From a virus (Duplodnaviria > Caudoviricetes): a stretch of 64,000 nucleotides of DNA. Position 1 is the first letter of the stretch, and each line of letters opens with the position of its first letter. A program made the position numbers and the translations under genes. This document shows positions 8,596-15,825 of the stretch, one piece after another. The notes under the pieces were generated by a model. That model was not told the DNA's origin, did not search any database, and was given only the letters and a program-made list of their open reading frames with translations. The DNA is taken from the IMG/VR virus record IMGVR_UViG_3300013281_000008, positions 19,143 to 83,142 of that record. One strand, given 5' to 3'.

Positions 8596-8990
8596 TTAAT
8601 ATCTCCGAAGAATTCTTCGATAATCCGCTTTGAAACTTTGATAATCTGACTATTTCTCATATAAACTAGATAAGCTTCATATATCTTTTGAGTATTTTGG
8701 CTCATATCACCAAGTATAACTGCAAACCCTCTTACTTTTGATTGCTTTCTAGAGTCTCTCCAGTGAACTCGACTTACAACTCCATCTAAAGCAAGCTTTC
8801 CAAGATCTCCTGGTAGTATAACGTCTACTCTACACCATTCTTTAGGTGTTGGTAACTCCCCATTTGTTTCAAAGAACATTCCTTTATTACTTAGATCTTT
8901 TAACTTCAAATCTCCAGATGATGTTTCCCAAGCAACTGACAGTCTATCATTCACAATTGGGATTCGAATGTCTGATCTCTTTTCTTTCAT
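8592..8990 (-). CDS. PilZ-domain protein (putative c-di-GMP binding)
   Basis: RxxxR (RSDIR) and DxSxxG (DLSNKG) motifs followed by a beta-barrel pattern. Confidence 0.85.
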   Translation of the reverse strand: MKEKRSDIRIPIVNDRLSVAWETSSGDLKLKDLSNKGMFFETNGELPTPKEWCRVDVILPGDLGKLALDGVVSRVHWRDSRKQSKVRGFAVILGDMSQNTQKIYEAYLVYMRNSQIIKVSKRIIEEFFGDIK

Positions 8991-8991
8991 T

Positions 8992-9384
8992 TTACTTCTC
9001 TAAGTAATAGTAGGTCTTCGAGTCTGGATCAAAAGTATAGTCCTTATCTATAATAGTCTCTTTACAATTAGTGCCTTTAAATTGGCCTGCATATTTGTAA
9101 GTCCCATCTTGAAACAAAAAATAAGCATTTCGAAAACCGTCTAATTTTAAAGCACATTCTTGGGTGAAATCTTTAAGGAATTGAATAATTTGATCGTCGC
9201 AACCGCCAATTGCAATTAAACTATCCTCATGGACGCCTTTAAAACAACCGGATACGTCCTTAACTTGAAATCCATCGTTAAGTAAGTATTTTCGGCCATT
9301 TTCATGGGCTTTTAGATTAGTAGCTTCACAATTCTGCGCGTTATATGCACTAATAATATAAGTAACTGGATAAAATGGTCTCAC
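8992..9384 (-). CDS. Probable S-adenosylmethionine lyase (T3 SAMase/Svi3-3-like)
   Basis: ISAY..NC...N...H...L......V..VSGCFKGVHEDS...F.QECAL...YTFD pattern parallels T3 SAMase (VSAF..LC...N...H, GCYRE..EEK, EQDCVL). Confidence 0.65.
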   Translation of the reverse strand: MRPFYPVTYIISAYNAQNCEATNLKAHENGRKYLLNDGFQVKDVSGCFKGVHEDSLIAIGGCDDQIIQFLKDFTQECALKLDGFRNAYFLFQDGTYKYAGQFKGTNCKETIIDKDYTFDPDSKTYYYLEK

Positions 9385-9409
9385 GTCGTACTCCTCCCAT
9401 CGTTTTAAT

Positions 9410-9799
9410 TTAGTCTACTACAGGACGGATCATCTCGTCAAACATGCCCTTCTCACGGACCTGTCCAATTCGATAATCTCCCACTGGAACTGGCACTTTA
9501 TCGTGTTCATTATGTACAAGGTTTGTTTCCTTGAACACTCGCAAATAGGTTACATTTGAAGTAGGATCTCGAAATACCATAAAATTCCGTGAATCCTTAT
9601 TCTTTTCAGGCGCTCCATGAACTTTAGCCATTTGGTCGACATTTTCACCTTCATCTACAAGTCGGTGTGCATGTCCCGTATGCTCACCATGAGCCAATAC
9701 ATAGTTCCTAGGATCTTCTACAACTCCGCTTGGGATTGCATCGATCTTATAGATTAGTACATCGCCTTGTTCTCTGATTTCTCGTGCTTCATCTGACAT
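9410..9799 (-). CDS. Conserved QGDV...GE.TGH.H protein (usual DUF6745 neighbour)
   Basis: EQGDVLI, LAHGEHTGHAHRL, HNEH motifs; ATG 9799 has SD AGGAG (the ORF track start at 9880 is probably too long). Confidence 0.75.
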   Translation of the reverse strand: MSDEAREIREQGDVLIYKIDAIPSGVVEDPRNYVLAHGEHTGHAHRLVDEGENVDQMAKVHGAPEKNKDSRNFMVFRDPTSNVTYLRVFKETNLVHNEHDKVPVPVGDYRIGQVREKGMFDEMIRPVVD

Positions 9800-9813
9800 T
9801 TTAGTTCTCCTTT

Positions 9814-10695
9814 TTAAGTTAAAATTATAGGTTCCAAATAGTTCGGCAGATTCATTCTCCACGCAAGCGCCGCCTTGCAAGTCTCAATTGTGTCTTCCAC
9901 TCTCTCATAATGATAGGTGTTAGTCAAGCTGGGATTCTTCATACATAAGACCTTCCTAACGACTCCATCTCCAAAGTCCATTGAATAGAGTTTGTAGTCG
10001 CACCAAGCTTTTCTATCGTCTTTCCATTCATCTAGTAACTTAGAATTAGTATCCTTTAAAAGCCGTTCTACTGGAATAAGCTTTAATGCTTCTCGTCTGA
10101 TATCGACATTCTGCTCACCAAGAATCTTCTTTACGTCGAGCTTTTCTTTAGGAGTTTCAATAACATAAGCTGGCACTCGAATACCATTTAAAGCATAGAT
10201 ACCCCAGCCATCACGGTATTTAATAGCCATCTTTCCCTCATTATGTAGCCGTCCGTCTTTCATTGAGACAAACTCCGGTCTATCGCAAATAATGGCAGCT
10301 TTTTCATAGAAATAGACCCAACCGCAACTTTTAGCTAGTTTGGACCATTGTTCTAGTAATTTACTTTGATCTTTGGTATACTTCACGCCAATTTGCTCGC
10401 AAAATTGATAGAAAGCAATCCAATAGTTATCTTGTTGACCCCAGAAATAAGTCCCATTGTAAACAGCGGCCTTATTTCCTTTGGCTTTATTTATCAATTT
10501 TTCAGCTTCTAGAGGCGATGAAACCTTGATAATTTCAGGCTCGGGTTTTTCTAACCGTCTATAGAATTCTTTGATAATTCTTTCAGCCACTTCGAAATTG
10601 GCGGGTTCTGTCGATAGACCAACTTCAAGTGCCTTTTGTCTGAATTCAATTAGATCTTGTTCCTGTTGTTTTGTTAATGATTCAATTTTCTTCAT
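9814..10695 (-). CDS. DUF6745-like conserved phage protein
   Basis: GQQDNYWIAFY, SCGWVYFYE..IICDRP, GRLHNEG.MAIKYRDGWGIYALNGIRVP, EQNVDIRRE motifs recalled for this family. Confidence 0.7.
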   Translation of the reverse strand: MKKIESLTKQQEQDLIEFRQKALEVGLSTEPANFEVAERIIKEFYRRLEKPEPEIIKVSSPLEAEKLINKAKGNKAAVYNGTYFWGQQDNYWIAFYQFCEQIGVKYTKDQSKLLEQWSKLAKSCGWVYFYEKAAIICDRPEFVSMKDGRLHNEGKMAIKYRDGWGIYALNGIRVPAYVIETPKEKLDVKKILGEQNVDIRREALKLIPVERLLKDTNSKLLDEWKDDRKAWCDYKLYSMDFGDGVVRKVLCMKNPSLTNTYHYERVEDTIETCKAALAWRMNLPNYLEPIILT

Positions 10696-10906
10696 TTTCT
10701 TTCTCCTTCAAATCTTCTTCAAACTGATTCCTAAGCTGCCACCCAAGCTGACTCCCAAGCTGATTCCCAAGCTGACTCCCAAGCTGATTCCCAAGCTGAC
10801 TCCCAAGCTCTTTCCCAAGCTGATTCACAAGCTGACTCCCAAGCTGAATCTTAAGCTGACTCACAAGCTGACCCTTCAATTCTCCACCTAGAAAGTCAGA
10901 GTTCAT
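10682..10906 (-). CDS. QLxS repeat mini-gene, copy 7 (74 aa)
   Basis: MNSDFLGGELKG-(QLxx)12-QFEEDLKE; supplies the SD for the DUF6745-like gene. Confidence 0.75.
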   Translation of the reverse strand: MNSDFLGGELKGQLVSQLKIQLGSQLVNQLGKELGSQLGNQLGSQLGNQLGSQLGWQLRNQFEEDLKEKENEEN

Positions 10907-11220
10907 TTAATATCCTTCAAATCCTCAATAAGCTGATTCCCAAGCTGACTCCCAAGTTGACTCCCAAGCTGATCCCTAAGCTGACTCCCAAGCTCTTTCC
11001 CAAGCTGATCCTCAAGCTGACTCCAAAGCTGATCCTCAATCTGACTCCAAAGCGGTCTCCCAAGCTGAATCTTAAGCGGACCCTCAAGCTGACTCCAAAG
11101 CTGACTCCAAAGCTGATCCTCAAGCTGACTCCAAAGCGGTCTCCCAAGCTGACTCCAAAGCTGACTCTTCAATTCTTCACCTAGGAAATCCTCTTTTTTC
11201 AATCGGCTTGCTTTCGGCAT
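10903..11220 (-). CDS. QLxS repeat mini-gene, copy 8 (105 aa, altered 5' cap)
   Basis: MPKASRLKKEDFLGEELKS-(xLxx)19-QLIEDLKDIK; near-duplicate of copy 6. Confidence 0.7.
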   Translation of the reverse strand: MPKASRLKKEDFLGEELKSQLWSQLGRPLWSQLEDQLWSQLWSQLEGPLKIQLGRPLWSQIEDQLWSQLEDQLGKELGSQLRDQLGSQLGSQLGNQLIEDLKDIK

Positions 11221-11426
11221 ATTTGAACCCTCACAATTCCGGGTGTGTTAAGAGCCTTCTTGATCGTATGTCTCATTATAACATCAAACGTGGCAGTCTC
11301 AGGATCAAAAAACAACGTAATGCTATTCTCCCGATCTACTTCACATGAGCTTACCACATGCACGCTCTTTCGATAAGCTACATCATAAATTTCAATTGGA
11401 GCAACTGGCGGCATATCAAATATCAT
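11199..11426 (-). CDS. hypothetical protein
   Basis: 75-aa ORF with SD GGAGG. Confidence 0.6.
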   Translation of the reverse strand: MIFDMPPVAPIEIYDVAYRKSVHVVSSCEVDRENSITLFFDPETATFDVIMRHTIKKALNTPGIVRVQICRKQAD

Positions 11427-11593
11427 TTTTCATTCCTCCATTTCATAGCTTCAATGTTATATTCCATTTGCCTAATCATATATTCAAAGTCTAGCATGAA
11501 TTCTTCTAAAGCGATAGAGGCCCTAATATGATTTTCTTTAACTCTGTCTTGATAATCCTTAATAAGTTCTGGATATTCTTTAATGATTTTCAT
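11423..11593 (-). CDS. hypothetical protein (56 aa; not in the ORF track)
   Basis: MKIIKEYPELIKDYQDRV...KWRNEK*; ATGA-coupled at both ends. Confidence 0.6.
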   Translation of the reverse strand: MKIIKEYPELIKDYQDRVKENHIRASIALEEFMLDFEYMIRQMEYNIEAMKWRNEK

Positions 11594-11883
11594 AGTTTAA
11601 TATCCTTCAAATCCTCAATAAGCTGATCCCTAAGCTGACTCCCAAGCTGACTCCCAAGCTGACTCACAAGCTGACTCCAAAGCTGACTCCTAAGCTGACT
11701 CACAAGCTGACTCCCAAGCTGATTCCCAAGCTGATCCCTAAGCTGTCTCCAAAGCTGACTCATAAGCTGATCATAAAGCTGACCTCTAAGCTGATTCCCA
11801 AGCTGACTCACAAGCTGACCTCTAAGCTGATCCCAAAGCTGACCCTTCAATTCTCCACCTAGGAAATCCTGATTAGTTTTCAT
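11590..11883 (-). CDS. QLxS repeat mini-gene, copy 9 (97 aa)
   Basis: MKTNQDFLGGELKG-(QLxx)18-QLIEDLKDIKL; abuts the upstream TAA. Confidence 0.75.
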   Translation of the reverse strand: MKTNQDFLGGELKGQLWDQLRGQLVSQLGNQLRGQLYDQLMSQLWRQLRDQLGNQLGSQLVSQLRSQLWSQLVSQLGSQLGSQLRDQLIEDLKDIKL

Positions 11884-12099
11884 TTAATCTCCCATAAAGT
11901 CAGCAGCCGAAATCTGCCGGTCCATCCAAGCTTCGTACAATACATCTTCGCAACTCTCTTGAAGCTCGTCCAGCTCTTCATCAGTCAAATCTACCATATT
12001 ATCAGTATAAAACCCACTGCTAAAGTAAATATCCTCCATCTCACGAGAATTACTATCGAATTCCACTTCAATCTCTCGACCTTTAAATTTCATTAGCAT
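11884..12099 (-). CDS. Small acidic early protein
   Basis: 71 aa, very acidic; strong SD AAGGAGG. Confidence 0.7.
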   Translation of the reverse strand: MLMKFKGREIEVEFDSNSREMEDIYFSSGFYTDNMVDLTDEELDELQESCEDVLYEAWMDRQISAADFMGD

Positions 12100-12124
12100 T
12101 AGATCCTCCTTGACTTACAACTCC

Positions 12125-12153
12125 ATTATAGATTGACTACAAATATCTAACAA
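12125..12153 (-). promoter_or_regulatory. Sigma70-type promoter TTGTTA-N17-TATAAT
   Basis: Perfect -10 with 17-nt spacing, upstream of the AAGGAGG-ATG at 12099. Confidence 0.65.
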
Positions 12154-12188
12154 CTACCACTAATAACTTTGTCTTTCATATAAATAAA

Positions 12189-12737
12189 TTATATAGCCGG
12201 TATATCAACTAAGGATACATCCCCATATATATTAACACACACTACCGGCGGATAAACACGGGATTCTCCAATATATGCATTGATAATTGCCGCCCGTTCT
12301 TCAATAGTACTATATTCAGTCCCACTAGCTATCGGTTCGATTTGATTATAATTATTTGACCAAAAAATATTGCCGGTGTCGGCGTCGATACCGATGAATT
12401 CCCCCATTAATACCACGAAGCGCTCATTTTTAACGTCAAGGGTAATAAAGCCTTCAGCGATTAAATAACGTTCTAATTGCTCAATATTACCATGACTTAA
12501 TAGCTTCACGTCAACGCAGGTCCATTTATATAATATACCCTGTTCGTTCAATCCATACTCTCTTGTATTTTCGAGTGATTCTAAAGCTTGAATTAAGTTT
12601 AAATCTTCTATGAATACCTTATTCCATTCATCTTCAAGTTTTTGTTGTATTGGCATCAGTTGGGTATTCTTTTCAACAACGGCCTTTCTCATTTCCATTT
12701 CCAACCCCTTAATTTTCATTTTCTGTAATGCCTTCAT
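12189..12737 (-). CDS. hypothetical protein
   Basis: 182-aa ORF, TAATG-coupled. Confidence 0.7.
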   Translation of the reverse strand: MKALQKMKIKGLEMEMRKAVVEKNTQLMPIQQKLEDEWNKVFIEDLNLIQALESLENTREYGLNEQGILYKWTCVDVKLLSHGNIEQLERYLIAEGFITLDVKNERFVVLMGEFIGIDADTGNIFWSNNYNQIEPIASGTEYSTIEERAAIINAYIGESRVYPPVVCVNIYGDVSLVDIPAI

Positions 12738-12940
12738 TATTTCTTGCCTCCTTCGATAACCTTCAATTTAAAGTCTACACCAGATTTATAAGAATTGTCT
12801 AGATCAGCCATAAGTTGTTGAATTTCCAGTCCTATTTTATCTAGCAAAAATACATTATCTTGCACTTCCCCGGCGAACATTAATAACATATTGATTTTGT
12901 TATTGATTTCGGTAACTTCCTTATTAGTTAAGATATTCAT
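12737..12940 (-). CDS. hypothetical protein ending LKVIEGGKK
   Basis: 67-aa ORF, TAATG-coupled. Confidence 0.65.
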   Translation of the reverse strand: MNILTNKEVTEINNKINMLLMFAGEVQDNVFLLDKIGLEIQQLMADLDNSYKSGVDFKLKVIEGGKK

Positions 12941-13134
12941 TACTTCTTTCCTTTCAGAAAGCGAACTCGGTAAGCCTTACTTTCCAAGGTTTTTCCATCT
13001 AAAACGTCATTACCAGCAACTTCTAAGTTATAGGTATTACTGATGATATCAGCCAATAATACAGCATCGTTAGCCCCAACTTCATCCATTCCAACCACTT
13101 CAGCATCTTTATATCTAATTAAAGCTTTATACAT
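12940..13134 (-). CDS. hypothetical protein
   Basis: 64-aa ORF with SD GGAGG. Confidence 0.65.
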   Translation of the reverse strand: MYKALIRYKDAEVVGMDEVGANDAVLLADIISNTYNLEVAGNDVLDGKTLESKAYRVRFLKGKK

Positions 13135-13145
13135 AATCCCTCCGA

Positions 13146-13301
13146 TTAAGCGAACATTCCGAAGCTAGCACCCACTCTAAATACGATACCAGCTTTTTCT
13201 AGCTTTAGGAACTGTTCCCAACCAACCAAAACGTCTTTAAATAAAGGAATCTTATAGTTCCCTTCCCGTTGATACATCTTAACTCTAACGTAACTTTCCA
13301 T
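13146..13301 (-). CDS. hypothetical protein (51 aa; not in the ORF track)
   Basis: MESYVRVKMYQREGNYKIPLF...GMFA*. Confidence 0.55.
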   Translation of the reverse strand: MESYVRVKMYQREGNYKIPLFKDVLVGWEQFLKLEKAGIVFRVGASFGMFA

Positions 13302-13302
13302 A

Positions 13303-13461
13303 TTATACTCCGTCCATCCAATCAACCAAAGCTTCCCCGATCCTAATCACCAGAATCACCGGCAGTGCAATCAATCCTATCACATAATCCATATTCAAAT
13401 ACTCTTGCAAATCCCATACCAACTCTCTTATTCCCTCCCCATTATAAACATTCCCAATCAT
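13303..13461 (-). CDS. Small membrane protein (52 aa; not in the ORF track)
   Basis: SD GAGG; hydrophobic VIGLIALPVILVIRI. Confidence 0.55.
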   Translation of the reverse strand: MIGNVYNGEGIRELVWDLQEYLNMDYVIGLIALPVILVIRIGEALVDWMDGV

Positions 13462-13469
13462 TCTAACCT

Positions 13470-14545
13470 CTTATGTATAAAATCCCTCTAATCCCAATAA
13501 ACATACCCCTTACAATAAATGCTCATATTAAACAATACATGTCTAATATAGACCAATAATTGCCGTACTACATAAGATTACATTGGTTTAGATCTAGGAT
13601 TGGTCATTGAATGATGGATTGGCTTTTGAAAAGCCCATACTTATAGTTTCCATAGCCTTCGAAATTGCATTCCCTAGCTATCGAAAAAGCCCATACTTAT
13701 AGCTTCCTAAACTACCGAAAAAGCATACTTTTCGAAGAAAAGCCCCATCTGCCACCTTCCCCGCTTCCACCCGACCTGCTCGGTAACGCTCTAATAGCCC
13801 CGCCATTCAACTTTGGCCGTTCCTTGCACCCAAGGTATCCCCCCGCTCCTAATCTTTCAATATAGGGCATCCTGCTGCGTTCTAATCCCGCTACAACTTG
13901 CATACCTATAGCCCACTATGCAATCCGGTCAAGCTTCCCTCGGCTCCCCCTGCAAGTTCTATGCCAACAAACCTGCTAATCCGCCCGCTTACTTTGGCAC
14001 ACTTCTTGCACCCCCCTGGTCAGCTAGACTTGGCACGAATCTTGCATCTCTCAACTGCTCCCCTACTCTGCATAAAATGCATACCCACGCCTTCTCTCTG
14101 CATTATATACATATTCGCATCCTAGCACGATTCTTGCACCCCCTGCAATTTCCATACCAAGAGACCCCCTTGCTGGGGACAAGCCACCTCCCATGTTGGC
14201 ACAGTTATTGCTATATATGAGAGCACACCAACTTACTTTCCTGTATAATTATTAAAACCTCCAGCCATCCATCTTTCCCCTAAACTACCCCCCTACCAAA
14301 TGGTCGATTTAACCCCTTATAAGCCACCTGGGAGCAAAATTATTTCCCTAATTTTCGATAATTATAGGCACCTAGAAAGCAGCCAACTGGTACTTTATAA
14401 TGTGCCACTCCTTGAATCCCTTACCTCCCGAAAATGTAGGTCTGGGGTGGCACCAGTTGGGCGGTTTCAAGGCTCTGGGCTAACCCTGCTTTAAACATTA
14501 TTTTTCCTTTTAATTTTCCTGCAATTATTACTCCATTGCCGATAA
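13470..14545. other. About 1.1-kb non-coding, C-rich/G-poor region with direct repeats (candidate genome end, pac site or origin)
   Basis: No credible ORF; AAAAGCCCATACTTATAG at 13629-13646 and 13685-13702; recurring CTTGCACCC; C-runs. Confidence 0.55.
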
Positions 14546-14561
14546 TATAAGATTTCTAGAT

Positions 14562-15119
14562 TTAGGCAACTTTTATTTTATCCAAAAGGTGGCAAAAGAA
14601 TAGGAAGGTATTTATAGCATCATCTTTCGAGCTATGTTTCTGACCTTGGAACTTCAGTCCCATCTTTTTCATGCTATTAGCCAGACCGCCTTTACCCATA
14701 AAGCCGTTGGTTAAGCAATAACCAATATAGATCGTTTTAACGTCAATCCAGCGGCGTCCAAAACACCACTTAAAATCAGCCCCAGATGCTTTAAGTTGCT
14801 CGCCTAGGAACTGAGTATCTCCGCCGCCCCAAGTGAGGCAATTAATAAAGCTACCAAATGCTATATGAGTAGATCTCAGCTTCTCATATTGAACCAATAA
14901 GGGTTGACCCTCGTTGGCTAACTTCTCGTCCGTTATACCAGTCAGCTCAATTATAGGCTCGGTAAGTGGTTCATCAATCAATACAAACAGATCATCGGAA
15001 GCTAGAATTTCCCGGGTTTTTATGTTCCCGATACAATAGCCAATACTTATGATTTTATTACTAGGTTGCGCTAGTTCTAGATCTATGGTCGTAAAGATCT
15101 CAGTCTGTTTAGGATTCAT
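14562..15119 (-). CDS. DEDDh 3'-5' exonuclease (DnaQ/ERI-1/KapD-like)
   Basis: TIDLEL (Exo I), WGGGD (Exo II), HSSKDDA (Exo III). Confidence 0.88.
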   Translation of the reverse strand: MNPKQTEIFTTIDLELAQPSNKIISIGYCIGNIKTREILASDDLFVLIDEPLTEPIIELTGITDEKLANEGQPLLVQYEKLRSTHIAFGSFINCLTWGGGDTQFLGEQLKASGADFKWCFGRRWIDVKTIYIGYCLTNGFMGKGGLANSMKKMGLKFQGQKHSSKDDAINTFLFFCHLLDKIKVA

Positions 15120-15125
15120 TATTTA

Positions 15126-15434
15126 TTATTCTTGATTCTTATTAATTTTTAAATTATTTGCCCAATTTGCTACCCAATTATCATAATCTTTAGGAACTGG
15201 ATAAAAATTGTCTTTAAAAGTATTATCTTCATTTTTGAACTCAAAATCTTCCATCCATCTTTCCGACCAATCACCAACATTAGTTGCGAACCATGGTTTA
15301 TTTTCCCAAGGATATTTAATCCAATCCCAAATAATAATTTTAGTTGGCTTCTCAAGAGTTCCATCTAAAAGCTGAAAAACTGATCCATTTTTACCTGATT
15401 TTAGGCTAGCAATTAATGCATCTTTTAAGTTCAT
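15126..15434 (-). CDS. hypothetical Trp-rich protein
   Basis: 102-aa ORF, TAATG-coupled. Confidence 0.65.
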   Translation of the reverse strand: MNLKDALIASLKSGKNGSVFQLLDGTLEKPTKIIIWDWIKYPWENKPWFATNVGDWSERWMEDFEFKNEDNTFKDNFYPVPKDYDNWVANWANNLKINKNQE

Positions 15435-15691
15435 TATTTAAGCTTTAACCCCCTCTTAAAGATATACTTTAGATCGTCCAGATCCTGCTCCATAGCCCCG
15501 ATTCTACCCTCCAAAGTATCCTGCAGGGCGTTGGTAGAGCCGTTACAGAATTCGATAGTTCGGGTATTAATTTCTAGAACGGAAGCAATGATCTCATTGT
15601 CCTTTTCCTTCATTTCCACGATTGTGACCCCTTGGCCGGTAACTATTCCACCAAGTACTAAGATAGCAATTAAGTATAGTGCGTCTTTCAT
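15434..15691 (-). CDS. Membrane-anchored coiled-coil protein
   Basis: N-terminal hydrophobic helix, SD GAGG. Confidence 0.65.
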   Translation of the reverse strand: MKDALYLIAILVLGGIVTGQGVTIVEMKEKDNEIIASVLEINTRTIEFCNGSTNALQDTLEGRIGAMEQDLDDLKYIFKRGLKLK

Positions 15692-15825
15692 AATTATCCT
15701 TTCCTCAGCAGGCTTTTCACAGCCGCTACGTTAATTACCAACATTGTTACAAAGATAAGCGGAATGTTAAGAAGTTGGATAATTTGCAAGGTTTCTACGT
15801 GTTCCAATAAGAATGCCATCATATG

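Larger units (their letters stand above)
1135..11883 (-). repeat. Dispersed family of nine 12-bp tandem-repeat arrays (unit CAGCTTNNNNNN on minus, AAGCTG on plus) with conserved 5' and 3' caps
   Basis: Directly visible at about 1135-1254, 4086-4301, 5238-5474, 7605-7742, 8192-8308, 8305-8595, 10682-10906, 10903-11220 and 11590-11883. Confidence 0.95.

Noticed and set aside
9800-9880. 5' extension of the 9410 ORF (MQGGACVENES...)
   Set aside because: Lies under the end of the DUF6745-like gene; ATG 9799 has a clear AGGAG.
8319-11147. Alternative-frame (GVSL/ISL)n ORFs at 8319..8537 and 10917..11147
   Set aside because: Same-strand shifted readings of the repeat; they lack the conserved caps and the start/stop coupling of the QL frame.
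5196-11184. Plus-strand (PKLT/PKLI)n ORFs at 5196, 8030, 10571 and 10957
   Set aside because: Antisense shadows: the reverse complement of the repeat has no stop in that frame; no SD, and they oppose the operon direction.
1135-11883. 12-bp arrays as CRISPR arrays
   Set aside because: Units are contiguous 12-mers with 6 variable bases, not 23-50-bp repeats with unique spacers; they stay in coding frame; no cas genes in the window.
1135-11883. Mini-genes as targets of a diversity-generating retroelement
   Set aside because: No reverse transcriptase in the window, variation involves all four bases and unit number rather than adenine-specific substitution, and there is no invariant template copy.
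13665-14494. ORFs at 13665, 13712, 13898, 13918 and 14300
   Set aside because: Mutually overlapping, Pro/Leu-rich products of a C-rich skewed sequence, no SDs.
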